A stretch of 64,000 nt of DNA from Lysobacter sp. (GCA_036803045.1 DAIRVA010000001.1:833-64832); one strand, 5' to 3'; shown: positions 9,980-20,414, counted from the stretch's first letter. The notes: a model not told the origin generated them from the letters alone. Translations and numbers: made by a program.

Positions 9980-12184
9980 ATGCCCCTACCTTCCCGCCGC
10001 CTGCTCGCCAACGCTCTGGCGCTGGCCATCACCGCGTCCTTGGCCGGTTGCGCGACCGCTCCCGCCTCCCAGGTCACTCCCGCCACGCCGAGCGCATCGA
10101 TGCCCGCCACCGCCGACAATCCTTTATTCGCGCCCAGTCCGCTGCAGTGGGAGTACCCGCAGTTCGACAAGATCAAGATCGAGCACTTCGCCCCGGCCTT
10201 CGACCGCGGCATGCAGGAGGAGCGCGCGGAGTTCGAGGCTATCGCCAACAACCCGGCGCCCGCCACCTTCGAGAACACCATCGTTGCCATGGAGCGCACC
10301 GGGCAGACGCTCGGCCGCACCCTGACGGTGTTCAGCGGCATCAACGCCACCAACACCAATGATGCGATCCAGAAGCTGCAGGCCGAGTACGCGCCGAAGT
10401 TCTCCGCGCATCGCGACGCGATTTCGCTCAACCCCGCGCTGTTCGCCCGCATCAAGGCCGTGTACGAGGGGCGCGCCCAGGCGGGCCTGGACGCCGAAAG
10501 CCTGCTCCTGGTCGAGAAATACTACGAGGACTTCGTCCGCTCGGGCGCCAACCTGACGCCGGAGCAGAAGGAGCGCGTCAAGGCGATCAACAGCGAGATG
10601 GCCACGCTGACCACCCGCTTCAACCAGAACGTGCTGGCCGAGGTGAACGATTCGGCCATCGTCGTCGACAGCCGCGACGAGCTGGCCGGCCTGTCCGGCG
10701 AGCAGATCCAGGTGCTGGCCGACGCCGCCAGGGCCAAGGGCCAGGAAGGCAAGTACCGCATCGCCCTGCTCAACACCACCGGCCAGCCGCTGCTGGGCCA
10801 GCTGGAGAACCGCGCGCTGCGCGAGCGCATCATGAAGGCCTCGCTGGCGCGCGGCAGCCGCGGCAACCAGTGGGACAACCGCGAGATCGTCTCGCGCGTG
10901 GTCAAGCTGCGTGCCGAGCGCGCCGCGATCATGGGCTACCCGAACTACGCGGCGTTCGCCCTGGCCAACCAGACCGCCAAGACGCCCGAAGCCGTCAACG
11001 CGATGCTCTCGCAGCTGGCGCCCCCCGCCGTGGCCAATGCCCGCGCGGAAGGCGCCAGGCTGCAGGCGATGATCGATGCCGAGCAGAAGACCAAGGGTGA
11101 GCCGACCTTCAAGCTGCAGCCATGGGACTGGGACTTCTACACCGAAAAGGTGCGCAAGGCCGAGTACGACTTCGACGAAGGCGAACTCAAGCCCTACCTC
11201 GAGTTGAACAACGTCATCGAGAAGGGCGTGTTCAACTTCGTCGGCCAGTTCTACGGCGTGACCTTCAAGCCGCGCCCCGACCTGCCGGTCTACCACCCCG
11301 ACGTCAAGGTCTACGAGGCCTTCAACGCCGACGGTTCGGAGCTGGCCCTGATCGTGGTTGACCCGTTCGCGCGTCCCTCCAAGCGCGGCGGCGCGTGGAT
11401 GAGCTCGTACGTGGACCAGTCCAGGCTGCTCGGCAGGAAGCCGGTGGTCGCCTTCCACCTCAACGTCACCAAGCCCAGCGAGGGCAAGCCGGCGCTGATG
11501 ACCTGGGACGACGTCAACACCGCCTTCCACGAGTTCGGCCACGTGTTGCACGGCATGTTCTCGGACGTGGAGTACCCGTACTTCAGCGGCACCAGCGTGC
11601 CGCGCGACTTCGTCGAGTTCCCCTCGCAGGTGCACGAAATGGGCGCGACCTGGCCGTCGGTGCTCTCGAGCTACGCCGTGCACTGGCAGACCGGCAAGCC
11701 GATCCCGAAGGCGCTGCTGGACAAGGTGCTGGCCGCTGACAAGTTCAACCAGGGCTTCGCCACCACCGAATACCTCGGTGCCGCACTGCTCGACCAGGCC
11801 TACCATCAGGTCCGCGCCGAGCAGCTGCCCGATGCCTCCGGCATCCTTGGCTACGAAGCCGCCGCGCTCGAGCGCGTGGGGGTGAACTACCCGGCGGTAC
11901 CCCCGCGCTATCGCACCACCTACTTCGGCCACATCATGGGCGGCTATGCGGCGGGCTATTACGCCTACATCTGGTCGGAAGTGCTGGATGCGACCACCGT
12001 GGCGTGGATCAAGGAGCACGGCGGGCTGACCCGCGCCAACGGCGACCGCTTCCGCCAGACCCTGCTCTCGCAGGGCGGCAGCAAGGACGCCTTGCAGCTG
12101 TTCCGCGACTTCTCCGGCGAAGAGCCGCAGATCCGCTACCTGCTCGAGCGCCGCGGCCTGACCGCCAAGCCCGCCAAGCGCTGA
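9980..12184 (+). CDS. M3 family metallopeptidase (peptidyl-dipeptidase Dcp-like)
   Basis: FHEFGHVLH zinc motif, KRGGAWM, VPRDFVEFPSQ, GYAAGYYAYIWSEVLD; lipobox LAGC. Confidence 0.92.
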   Translation: MPLPSRRLLANALALAITASLAGCATAPASQVTPATPSASMPATADNPLFAPSPLQWEYPQFDKIKIEHFAPAFDRGMQEERAEFEAIANNPAPATFENTIVAMERTGQTLGRTLTVFSGINATNTNDAIQKLQAEYAPKFSAHRDAISLNPALFARIKAVYEGRAQAGLDAESLLLVEKYYEDFVRSGANLTPEQKERVKAINSEMATLTTRFNQNVLAEVNDSAIVVDSRDELAGLSGEQIQVLADAARAKGQEGKYRIALLNTTGQPLLGQLENRALRERIMKASLARGSRGNQWDNREIVSRVVKLRAERAAIMGYPNYAAFALANQTAKTPEAVNAMLSQLAPPAVANARAEGARLQAMIDAEQKTKGEPTFKLQPWDWDFYTEKVRKAEYDFDEGELKPYLELNNVIEKGVFNFVGQFYGVTFKPRPDLPVYHPDVKVYEAFNADGSELALIVVDPFARPSKRGGAWMSSYVDQSRLLGRKPVVAFHLNVTKPSEGKPALMTWDDVNTAFHEFGHVLHGMFSDVEYPYFSGTSVPRDFVEFPSQVHEMGATWPSVLSSYAVHWQTGKPIPKALLDKVLAADKFNQGFATTEYLGAALLDQAYHQVRAEQLPDASGILGYEAAALERVGVNYPAVPPRYRTTYFGHIMGGYAAGYYAYIWSEVLDATTVAWIKEHGGLTRANGDRFRQTLLSQGGSKDALQLFRDFSGEEPQIRYLLERRGLTAKPAKR

Positions 12185-12196
12185 GGACGACATCGC

Positions 12197-12226
12197 ATCG
12201 GGGGCCGGTCTCGGGCCGCCCCCGAT
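12197..12226. terminator. GC-rich hairpin between convergent genes
   Basis: atcggggg...cccccgat inverted repeat just after the M3 peptidase stop; no U-tract. Confidence 0.45.
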
Positions 12227-12238
12227 CCCCGGGCACCA

Positions 12239-13048
12239 TCAGGTATCGGCGAAATACGCGCGATAGGGCTGCGCCACATAGGGCAGCAGGACGCTCGCCG
12301 GCACCTCGACCGTCTGGGTGCCATCGGAATAGGGGCCGACCTGGTACGGCGGGAACACGAAGCGCAACCCGTACCACTTCCCGTTTGCCGAGGGGATCGG
12401 CTCGAACTGGCTGAAATTCTCCGCGACCGGGCGCGTGCCCTCGTCGATCATCCCCATGGCGCTCTTGACGGCGGCGTCGCGCTGGCCGGCCTCGATGTCC
12501 TCCGCGCCCATGCGCTCCTCCAGCGACTTCCTCAATGCGCGGCGCGCGTAATCGGAAATGGCCTTCCAGCCGCCTTCGTTGTCGACCAGCTCGCTGGCCT
12601 GCAAAAGACGCCCGCTGGCCGGCAGGTAGGTGAAGCGGGCGACCAGCGGGATCCCGTGCGCGCCGCCGGTGTAGAGGCTGCCGTCGGCCGACACCACCAC
12701 CACGTCGGGGCGCTTCAGCGTCTCCACGAAGTTGAGGCTGAGGTCGTAGGGCGAGTCGGAATCGGTGGTGGCCACCTGCTGGACCGCCTCCATCAATTCG
12801 CCGCGCGCACGGCCCGCGAAGTCGCTCAAGGCGTCCGCCAGGACGGGATAGTCGTTGGCGACGGCGGGATAGGTAATGCCGACCAGATAGCGCGGGGTGC
12901 GTTCGATGACGTCCTGCAGCGGGGCCGCTTTCGCGGGAACGACGTCGGCAGGCGCTTGTGGACCGGCGGGCATGGGCTCCGGCGCAGATTCGCGCTGGCA
13001 GGCCGACAGCATGATCAACGGGGCCAGCAGTAGGAAGGAACGGCGCAT
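12239..13048 (-). CDS. DUF3298/DUF4163 (RsiV-like) lipoprotein
   Basis: Lipobox LSAC; YTGGAHG and FVFPPYQVGPYSDG motifs. Confidence 0.8.
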   Translation of the reverse strand: MRRSFLLLAPLIMLSACQRESAPEPMPAGPQAPADVVPAKAAPLQDVIERTPRYLVGITYPAVANDYPVLADALSDFAGRARGELMEAVQQVATTDSDSPYDLSLNFVETLKRPDVVVVSADGSLYTGGAHGIPLVARFTYLPASGRLLQASELVDNEGGWKAISDYARRALRKSLEERMGAEDIEAGQRDAAVKSAMGMIDEGTRPVAENFSQFEPIPSANGKWYGLRFVFPPYQVGPYSDGTQTVEVPASVLLPYVAQPYRAYFADT

Positions 13049-13144
13049 GGATCGGAACAGGGGAATTGCGGATGCGGGGATGGGAAGGATAAGCCGGGCT
13101 GCGTGACGCCGGGGTAATGGCGCGAGACATCCCATCCATGAAAG

Positions 13145-13172
13145 CGAAAACCCGGCCGGAGCCGGGTTTTCG
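13145..13172 (-). terminator. Probable intrinsic terminator of the cold-shock gene
   Basis: Perfect 12-bp stem cgaaaacccggc / gccgggttttcg with 4-nt loop, 16 bp after the stop. Confidence 0.7.
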
Positions 13173-13188
13173 GGGAACCGCGCGAGAT

Positions 13189-13398
13189 TCAGAGCGGCTG
13201 GACTTCGTCGGCCTGCAGGCCCTTTTGGCCCTGCACGACCTTGAAGGTGACCGGCTGGCCTTCCTTCAGGGACTTGAAGCCGTTCCCGATGATCGAGCGG
13301 AAGTGCACGAACAGGTCGGCACCGCTCTCCGGGGTGATGAAGCCGTAGCCCTTGGCATCGTTGAACCACTTGACGGTACCGGTCTGACGATCGGACAT
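13189..13398 (-). CDS. Cold-shock protein (CspA family)
   Basis: [15 protein letters not shown] (RNP1) and LFVHF (RNP2); RBS AAGGAG. Confidence 0.95.
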   Translation of the reverse strand: MSDRQTGTVKWFNDAKGYGFITPESGADLFVHFRSIIGNGFKSLKEGQPVTFKVVQGQKGLQADEVQPL

Positions 13399-13580
13399 TG
13401 TATTACTCCTTGAACAGGTTGGATTTACACGGCACGTGGCCGGACTGTCGAGCAAGGGGCAACACGCAAGCGATGAGCGACCACACGATCAACCGCATCA
13501 GATCACAATGTCCCGTGATCCCGCCTAAACAGTGACGGCACCATACACCAAAACCGCGTGCGATGGGTACAGTGCGCCCT

Positions 13581-13853
13581 TCACGCCTCCAGATCGGCGT
13601 AGTCGGGGTGCTTGGCGAACCAGGCGGCCGCATAGGAACAGGCCGGGATGACCTTGAGGCCCTCCTGCCGGGCGTGATCGACTGCCGCCCGGACCAGCTC
13701 CGCGGCGATGCCGCGACCGCCGATGGCGGACGGGACGATGGTATGGGTGATGGTCATGATGTCGCCCTCGCGCTGGTATTCGACATAGGCTTCATGCCCG
13801 TCGACTTCGGTGACGAAACGGTGGCGTTCGGAACGGTGGGCGATATCGGACAT
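13581..13853 (-). CDS. GNAT acetyltransferase, YjdJ-like
   Basis: HTIVP..IGGRGIA..LV and VIPACSY motifs; 90 aa. Confidence 0.85.
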   Translation of the reverse strand: MSDIAHRSERHRFVTEVDGHEAYVEYQREGDIMTITHTIVPSAIGGRGIAAELVRAAVDHARQEGLKVIPACSYAAAWFAKHPDYADLEA

Positions 13854-13947
13854 CGTGATTCTCCTGGCGTTGGCATCGGGAAACCCGGTTCGGGGAGACT
13901 ACGGGAGCGACCACGGGGCAGGCGTGAACCACCGCCCCGCGGGACGG

Positions 13948-14535
13948 CTAGAGACCGATCTGGCCGAGAAAAGCCGGCCAGGCGCCGGGCTGGGTCGCGA
14001 TGATGAAGATCGCGCCATACAGCGCACCGAACAGGTGCGCGCTGTGGTTGACGTTGTCGCCGCCCTGCCGGTCCATCCAGATCGAATAGCCAACGTACAG
14101 CGCGGCATAGGCGATCGCCGGGATGCCGAACGGGATCGGGAAGACGACGATCTTCGACCACGGCGAGAGCACGATGAAGGCGAACAGCACGGCGGACACC
14201 CCGCCGGACGCACCCAGGCTTCGGTAATGGGCGTCGCCCTTGTGATGGAGGTAGGTCGGCAGGATGGCGGCCACGATCGCCGACAGGTAGAACAACAGGA
14301 ACGGCAGCGCCCCCGCCACCTGTTCCACCTGCTGCCCGAAGAAGAACAGCGTGATCATGTTGAACAGCAGGTGCGGCCAGTCCGCATGGATGAACCCGTG
14401 CGTGAGCAGCCGGTCGTACTGGCGGTAGCGGCTGATCGCCGGCGGCCAGAGGATCAGGCGATCCATCAGCCGGCGATTGTTGAACGCCTGCCACGACACC
14501 AGCGCCGTGACCGCAATGATGATGAAGGTCATCAT
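13948..14535 (-). CDS. Rhomboid family intramembrane serine protease
   Basis: HADWPHLLFNM, GASG catalytic Ser, NHSAHLFGALYG; start overlaps the upstream stop. Confidence 0.9.
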   Translation of the reverse strand: MMTFIIIAVTALVSWQAFNNRRLMDRLILWPPAISRYRQYDRLLTHGFIHADWPHLLFNMITLFFFGQQVEQVAGALPFLLFYLSAIVAAILPTYLHHKGDAHYRSLGASGGVSAVLFAFIVLSPWSKIVVFPIPFGIPAIAYAALYVGYSIWMDRQGGDNVNHSAHLFGALYGAIFIIATQPGAWPAFLGQIGL

Positions 14536-16175
14536 GCCGCGACACCCGACACCCGATAGTTGTCCTGCATCGGGTATCGCCGCGCATACAAGGCGAAGGC
14601 CGCCGCGGCGATGAACGCGAAACCGGCGAAGAAGAACATCAGGAAGGCCGGCTCGCTGAGGCCGGTCCGCGCGATCATCGCCTTGAAGCCATCGTTCTGC
14701 ACGCCCGCGTTGGTCAACAGCACCCACAGGCTGCCGAAGGTGCTGGTCAGGTACCAGAAGGCCATGATCACGCCCTTCATTGCGTGCGGCGCCTGGCTGT
14801 AGGCAAACTCGAGCGCGGTCGCCGACACCAGCACCTCGCCGAAGGTCAGCAACAGGTACGGCAGGCTCTGCCAGGCCAGCGAGACTTCCGCGCCGCCATC
14901 GATCCACAGTTGCAGCACGCCGGCGACGACCCAGGACACGCCGGAGATCGCGATGCCCCAGCCCATCCGGCGCAGCGCGGTGACCACGAAGCCCATCCTG
15001 CGCAGCAGTGGATACAGCACGATGTTGTTGAACGGGATCAGCAGCATGACCAGAAGCGGATTCAGCGCCTGCATCTGCGCCGGTTCCTTGATCAGCCAGC
15101 TCGGCCACCACCACTGGTCGTGCGGGATCATCATCGCGTTGCCCTGGATGATCCAGGTCGAGGCCTTCTGGTCGAACAGCGACCAGAACGGCGTCACCAG
15201 CGCGAACACGATCAGGATGCGCAGCACCGCGCGCACGCCGTCGACGGCCGCATCGGGATGCTTGCCGCGGGCGCGATCCAGCTGCAGCGACGCCCCCCAG
15301 CCACCGAACGCGATCATGATGCCAAGCGCCGAGCAGGCCATGATCACGAAGCCGAGTTTCTCCGGCCACCACGCCGGTGCGGCGCCGACGAGATCCAGCA
15401 CGCCGATCACGAGGAAGGCTGCCGCCACCAGCATCGCGACCCGCGCCATCAGGGTGCCCCAGTTGCCCTCGCCCGCCTGCTTCTCGCGCAGCGCCGTCTT
15501 GACCACGTTGAGGAAGGAATCCGGGTCCGGCCCGGAAGGCGGGACATTGACGTACTGCTTGCGCCCCATCCAGAAGACGAGGGTGGCGATGAACATCAGG
15601 ATGCCCGGCACGCCGAACGCCACCGCAGGCCCGTAGTGGCGCAGCAGCAGCGGCGCGAACAGCGATGCGAAGAACGAGCCGAAGTTGATGATCCAGTAGA
15701 ACGCGTCGAACACGATCTTGGCGAGGTGCTTGTTGGTCTGGTCGAACTGGTCGCCGCAGAAAGAGACCACCAGCGGCTTGATGCCGCCAGAGCCGAGCGC
15801 GATCAGGAACAGGCCCGTGTAGAACCCGGTGCGATTGCCCTCGAACATCGCAAGGCAGGCATGGCCTGCACAGTAGATCAGCGAGAACCACAGCACGGTG
15901 TTGTACTTGCCGAAGTAGCGATCGGACAGCCAGCCGCCCAACAGCGGGAAGAAATACACGCCGATCACGAAGGTGTGGAAGACCTCCTTCGCCATCGCCT
16001 CGCGCTCGGCGCCGGCCGGCAGGTAGCCCAGCAGGATCGAGCTGATCAGGAACGGCACCAGGATGTTGCGCATCCCGTAGAAGCTGAAGCGTTCGCAAGC
16101 CTCGTTGCCGATGATGAAGGGAATCTGCCGCGGCATGCGTGCGGTGGCATCGGGGACTTGCGGGGTCGCGTTCAT
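14532..16175 (-). CDS. POT family oligopeptide:H+ symporter (MFS)
   Basis: EACERFSFYG motif, GSGGIKP, FYWIINFGS. Confidence 0.92.
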   Translation of the reverse strand: MNATPQVPDATARMPRQIPFIIGNEACERFSFYGMRNILVPFLISSILLGYLPAGAEREAMAKEVFHTFVIGVYFFPLLGGWLSDRYFGKYNTVLWFSLIYCAGHACLAMFEGNRTGFYTGLFLIALGSGGIKPLVVSFCGDQFDQTNKHLAKIVFDAFYWIINFGSFFASLFAPLLLRHYGPAVAFGVPGILMFIATLVFWMGRKQYVNVPPSGPDPDSFLNVVKTALREKQAGEGNWGTLMARVAMLVAAAFLVIGVLDLVGAAPAWWPEKLGFVIMACSALGIMIAFGGWGASLQLDRARGKHPDAAVDGVRAVLRILIVFALVTPFWSLFDQKASTWIIQGNAMMIPHDQWWWPSWLIKEPAQMQALNPLLVMLLIPFNNIVLYPLLRRMGFVVTALRRMGWGIAISGVSWVVAGVLQLWIDGGAEVSLAWQSLPYLLLTFGEVLVSATALEFAYSQAPHAMKGVIMAFWYLTSTFGSLWVLLTNAGVQNDGFKAMIARTGLSEPAFLMFFFAGFAFIAAAAFALYARRYPMQDNYRVSGVAA

Positions 16176-16230
16176 TCGGCGGCTCCTTGGATGGCGGGTC
16201 GATGGATCAAAGTGACGTGGGGCAAGCGGC

Positions 16231-16884
16231 TCAACGCCACGCCTCCAGCCCTTCGCGGGCATATAGCTCGGCGAAGGCCGGACGCGCCTTCATCAGCCGG
16301 GCCAGTTCGGCCAGGCGCGGCCAGCTGTCGCCGGGTGCAGGCATGTCGCGGGACCAGCGCAGCAGCATCGTCAGGTAGAGGTCGGCGGCGGAAGGCGCAT
16401 CGCCCAGCAGATAGGGGCCACGCTTGGCCAATTGGTCGTCCAGCCGCTGCCAGACGGCCTCGATGCGTGGCCGGGTATGCGCCAGTACCGCATCGCGATG
16501 CACATCGCCGGCGGGCTCGCCCGGATACCACCACAGGCGGAACAGCGGCTGCACCGCGTTGGCGAGATGGAACATCCATTGCACGTAGTCGGCGCGATCC
16601 GGGGCGTCGATGGCCGGGGCGAAGCGACGCTGCGGATCGGCATCGGCCAGCGTCATCAGCAAAGCGGCCGTTTCGAAACGCGGCACGCCATCCATGACCA
16701 GCGTCGGCACCACGCCATTCGGGTTCAGGGCCAGGTATTCGGGCGATTTCTGCCGACCGGACTTCGTGTCGACCAGGTCCAGCCGATGCGGCCGATCCAG
16801 CTCGATCAGCAGCCAGTGCACCGCCATGCTGGCCGCGCCGGGCGAGTAATAAAGCGTGTCCGGGGTCATTTGCATGGGCGACAT
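16231..16884 (-). CDS. Glutathione S-transferase family protein
   Basis: YYSPGAAS, NPNGVVPTL, ETAA, YLLGD.PSAADLYL; start uncertain (16869-16884). Confidence 0.88.
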   Translation of the reverse strand: MSPMQMTPDTLYYSPGAASMAVHWLLIELDRPHRLDLVDTKSGRQKSPEYLALNPNGVVPTLVMDGVPRFETAALLMTLADADPQRRFAPAIDAPDRADYVQWMFHLANAVQPLFRLWWYPGEPAGDVHRDAVLAHTRPRIEAVWQRLDDQLAKRGPYLLGDAPSAADLYLTMLLRWSRDMPAPGDSWPRLAELARLMKARPAFAELYAREGLEAWR

Positions 16885-16961
16885 GATGGCATGACCTCCG
16901 GCCCACCACGCCGCCACGCCGGCGCGTTTAACATCGGGCTTCGTCTTCCGAGGTGCCCGTC

Positions 16962-18758
16962 ATGACGCGTTTCGCCCGCTCCGCTTCGCTCGCCATTGCG
17001 CTGGGTGCCATCCTCTCGCCTGTCCAGCAGGCGTCCGCCACATCCCCTGCCCGTCCGGCGTTGACCACCCTGGCCGAGCGTAGCGGCTTCCACAAGACCG
17101 GGCGCTACGACGAAGTGATCGCCCTGTGCGATGAGTTCGCCAAGGCCTACCCGCGCTCAGTGCGCTGTCTCGATTTCGGCACAACACCCGAGCGCCGGCC
17201 GATGAAGGCGATGATCGTTTCGACTTCCGGTGCGCTGACTGCGGCAGATGCCCGCGCCAAGAAGCTGCCGACAGTGCTGGTGCAAGGCGGCATCCATGCA
17301 GGCGAGATCGACGGCAAGGACGCGGTGTTCTGGCTGCTGCGCGAGATGCTGGCCGGCAAGACCGCACCCGGTGTGCTGAACGGACAGGTGCTGGTGTTCG
17401 TCCCGGTGTTCAACGTGGATGGCCACGAGAACTTCCGCGCCTGGAACCGCCCCAACCAGCGCGGTCCTGAAGAAATGGGCTTCCGCGCCACGGCGCAGCG
17501 CTACAACCTCAACCGCGACTACGTGAAGGCCGACAGCCCCGAAATGCAAGCGATGTTGAAGCTGGTGGACGAGTGGGACCCCCTGGTGGCGATGGACCTG
17601 CACGTGACCGACGGCGCGAAATTCCAGCACGACATCTCGATTACCGCCGAGCCGGTGAACTCCGGCGACGCCGGGCTGCAGAAAGTCGGCCGTACTCTGC
17701 GCGACGGCATCATCGGGAAACTGACGGCCCAAGGCTCGAAGCCGGTCGCGTTCTATCCGAGCTTCGTCAGGGACGACGACCCGGCTTCCGGTTTCGCCGA
17801 GGGCGTGTCCACGCCGCGCTTCTCGCACGGCTATTTCGTGCTGCGCAACCGCATCGGCATCCTGGTCGAGACCCACAGCTGGCGCACCTATCCCGAGCGC
17901 GTGCGCGCCACCCGCAACACCGTGCTTGATTTGCTGGAGCTGGTGGCCGCCGATGGCAAGCAATGGCAGGCCGAGGCCAAGGCATCGGATGCACGTGCCA
18001 GCCGACTGGGCGGCCAATCCGTGCCGCTGGCGTGGAAAGTGCTGGACGATGCCCGCACCATCGATTTCCAGGGCTATGCCTACACCCGCACGCCGTCGAC
18101 GATCTCCGGCGCGCTGATGACGCGTTACGACGAATCCACGCCGCAGGTCTGGAAGATCCCGTTGCGCGACAAGGTGGCGCCGGCGCTGGAGGTGAAGGCA
18201 CCGCTCGCCGGGTACCTCGTGCCCGTCGCATGGGCGCCGTACGTCGAACCCAAGCTCAGGACGCATGGCATCGAATACCACGTGATCGGCCATGCCCTGG
18301 ACGCTGTCGCAGCGGAGACCTTCCGCGCACGCGAGGCGAAGTTCTCGCCCATGTCGGTGGAAGGCCATCAGCGCGTCACGCTCGACGGCGGCTGGCAGGC
18401 CGGGACGCGCAAGCTGATGGCCGGCGCGTTGTTCGTGCCCATTGCCCAGCCCAAGGCGCGGCTGGTGATGAACCTGCTGGAGCCGCAGGCGCCCGATGCC
18501 ATTGCCGCCTGGGGCGAGATGAACAATGCCTTCGAGCAGAAGGAGTACATGGAGGATTACGTCGCCGAAGAACAGGCCCAAAAGATGCTGGCCGATGACC
18601 CGGCGCTCAAGGCGGCGTTCGACAAGCGCCTGCTTGAGGATGAGGACTTCGCCAAGTCGCCTTCGCAGCGACTGGATTTCTTCTACCGCCGCCATCCCGC
18701 CTACGATCGCGACTACCTGCGTTACCCGGTGCTGCGTGTGGATGTCGCGCCGGAGTGA
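16962..18758 (+). CDS. Secreted M14 family metallocarboxypeptidase
   Basis: Signal peptide; GIHAGEIDGK, NLNRDY, DLHVTDG. Confidence 0.88.
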   Translation: MTRFARSASLAIALGAILSPVQQASATSPARPALTTLAERSGFHKTGRYDEVIALCDEFAKAYPRSVRCLDFGTTPERRPMKAMIVSTSGALTAADARAKKLPTVLVQGGIHAGEIDGKDAVFWLLREMLAGKTAPGVLNGQVLVFVPVFNVDGHENFRAWNRPNQRGPEEMGFRATAQRYNLNRDYVKADSPEMQAMLKLVDEWDPLVAMDLHVTDGAKFQHDISITAEPVNSGDAGLQKVGRTLRDGIIGKLTAQGSKPVAFYPSFVRDDDPASGFAEGVSTPRFSHGYFVLRNRIGILVETHSWRTYPERVRATRNTVLDLLELVAADGKQWQAEAKASDARASRLGGQSVPLAWKVLDDARTIDFQGYAYTRTPSTISGALMTRYDESTPQVWKIPLRDKVAPALEVKAPLAGYLVPVAWAPYVEPKLRTHGIEYHVIGHALDAVAAETFRAREAKFSPMSVEGHQRVTLDGGWQAGTRKLMAGALFVPIAQPKARLVMNLLEPQAPDAIAAWGEMNNAFEQKEYMEDYVAEEQAQKMLADDPALKAAFDKRLLEDEDFAKSPSQRLDFFYRRHPAYDRDYLRYPVLRVDVAPE

Positions 18759-18785
18759 TTGTGGCCGTCGCAGCTCTGCCCGGAC

Positions 18786-19415
18786 TCAGCAGTTTTCGTA
18801 CTTCCAGTTCCGATGCCTGCCCTCGCCCAGCCACTCGATGGCCTGGGCGATGCGGCGGGCGCGGGTGTCCCCGCGCTTGGCTTCGATGATCCACTCGATG
18901 TATTCGCGGCGATGGCTGGGCGGGAATGCATCGAAATGCGCCAGTGCCTTGGGCGTGCCGGCCAGCGCCAATGCCAGGTCGTCGGGCACCGGCAATGCCG
19001 GTTTCGCTCTTTTCACCGCCTTGGGCTTGACCTGTACGTCGCCGGCCTGGGCCGCGTCGATGAGCGCCATCGCCTTGCGGATGTCCGCCTTGAGCGTGGT
19101 CGCCTTCGGCAGGTCGGCAGGGGTGAGCATCTTGCCGTAGCTGCCCATGCCCACGCGCCCAGCATCGCCGCCCATGACCGCCGCGTGCTGCCAGTAACCG
19201 AACGACATGTGCTGCTTGAACGCCGCCATCCCGCACAGGATCTTGCCGCGGTAGAGGAAGCTCGGCGCACGCCACTTCAGCGCCTCCTCCACGTCCGGGC
19301 AGTGGCGATGCACGGCATCGCGCAAGGTTTCCAGCATCGGCTGGAACGCCGGATCGGCGCGCGCGATGTAGGCATCGATGCCGGCATCGCGCCGACGGGC
19401 ACCCTGCTTCGCCAT
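18786..19415 (-). CDS. YdeI/OmpD-associated (DUF1801) protein
   Basis: VEEALKWRAPSF; C-terminal PPSHRREYIEWIIEAKRGDTRARR. Confidence 0.85.
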   Translation of the reverse strand: MAKQGARRRDAGIDAYIARADPAFQPMLETLRDAVHRHCPDVEEALKWRAPSFLYRGKILCGMAAFKQHMSFGYWQHAAVMGGDAGRVGMGSYGKMLTPADLPKATTLKADIRKAMALIDAAQAGDVQVKPKAVKRAKPALPVPDDLALALAGTPKALAHFDAFPPSHRREYIEWIIEAKRGDTRARRIAQAIEWLGEGRHRNWKYENC

Positions 19416-19472
19416 CCTCTGCCTCCCGTCGCCGACCAAGTCCTGCGCCACAGACTGCCCTAGACTTGGGCC

Positions 19473-19913
19473 ATGCGCAAAAACCCCTGGCTTATCCCGC
19501 TGTTGCTGATCGCCGGCCTCGCCTGGTTCTGGTGGTCATCGCGCGAGGCGCCCTCGTCCGCGCCCCCGCGCCCCGATGCGACCGAACCCGCCATCGAGCG
19601 CACGCGCCCGGTCGCGCCGCCCGGCGGCAGCCCCGAAACCAGCATCGACCTGCCGTCCGAGGCCCACGACACCATCGCCCTGATCCAGCGCGGCGGACCG
19701 TTCCCGCATCGGCAGGACGGCGGCACCTTCGGCAACCGCGAACGCCGCCTGCCGCAGAAGCCGCGCGGCTGGTATCGCGAATACACCGTCGACACGCCCG
19801 GCCTCGGTCACCGAGGCGCACGCCGCATCGTCACCGGCGGTCGACCGCCGAGCGAGTGGTACTACACCGACGATCATTACGACAGTTTCCGCCGTTTCGA
19901 GGTGCGCCCATGA
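19473..19913 (+). CDS. Ribonuclease, barnase/RNase Sa family, with N-terminal membrane anchor or signal
   Basis: GGPFP..QDG..FGNRE..LP, YREYTV, RRIVTG, YYTDDHY. Confidence 0.9.
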   Translation: MRKNPWLIPLLLIAGLAWFWWSSREAPSSAPPRPDATEPAIERTRPVAPPGGSPETSIDLPSEAHDTIALIQRGGPFPHRQDGGTFGNRERRLPQKPRGWYREYTVDTPGLGHRGARRIVTGGRPPSEWYYTDDHYDSFRRFEVRP

Positions 19914-20374
19914 GCGAAGCCGATTCGCACCCGCTGGACCTGCGCAATGCCCGCCAGGCCGGCGTCTATCGGGTGATGTGCGCCGATGTCGCGCCGCTGC
20001 AGGCCATCGCCCGCGAGGAGGAGGTCGCCGTATACGAAATCGACCTGACCGGTGCCGACGGCAAGCGCGAGCTGATCGAACGCATCCACCTTGCACTGGA
20101 GTTTCCGGCCGACTGGGGCCGCAACTGGGATGCGCTGGCCGATGGGCTCAACGACCTGTCCTGGCTGGGCGACGCCACCCCGTGCCTGCTGGTCTGGCGC
20201 GGCATCGACGACCTGCACGCCGACGCACCGGAGCTGGAATCGACACTCATCGGCATCCTCGAGGATGCCAGCGCGAACTGGGCCGAGGACGACATCGCGT
20301 TCTGGTCGCTGATCTGTCTGGCTCGAATCCCGCCAGCGGAACTCGACGACGACGCGGACGCCTTCCGCCACTGA
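19910..20374 (+). CDS. Barstar family ribonuclease inhibitor
   Basis: LEFPADWGRNWDALADGLNDL motif; ATGA overlap with the RNase stop. Confidence 0.88.
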   Translation: MSEADSHPLDLRNARQAGVYRVMCADVAPLQAIAREEEVAVYEIDLTGADGKRELIERIHLALEFPADWGRNWDALADGLNDLSWLGDATPCLLVWRGIDDLHADAPELESTLIGILEDASANWAEDDIAFWSLICLARIPPAELDDDADAFRH

Positions 20375-20414
20375 CCGTGCGTGCCAAGCGACCGGCACGC
20401 GTCCGGTCCGTGGA

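Noticed and set aside
12239..13369. 376-aa ORF running through the cold-shock gene
   Set aside because: Alternative-frame extension; the lipoprotein signal begins at 13048
13948..16098. 716-aa ORF suggesting a transporter-rhomboid fusion
   Set aside because: The upstream part is an alternative frame of the POT gene; the rhomboid has its own start at 14535
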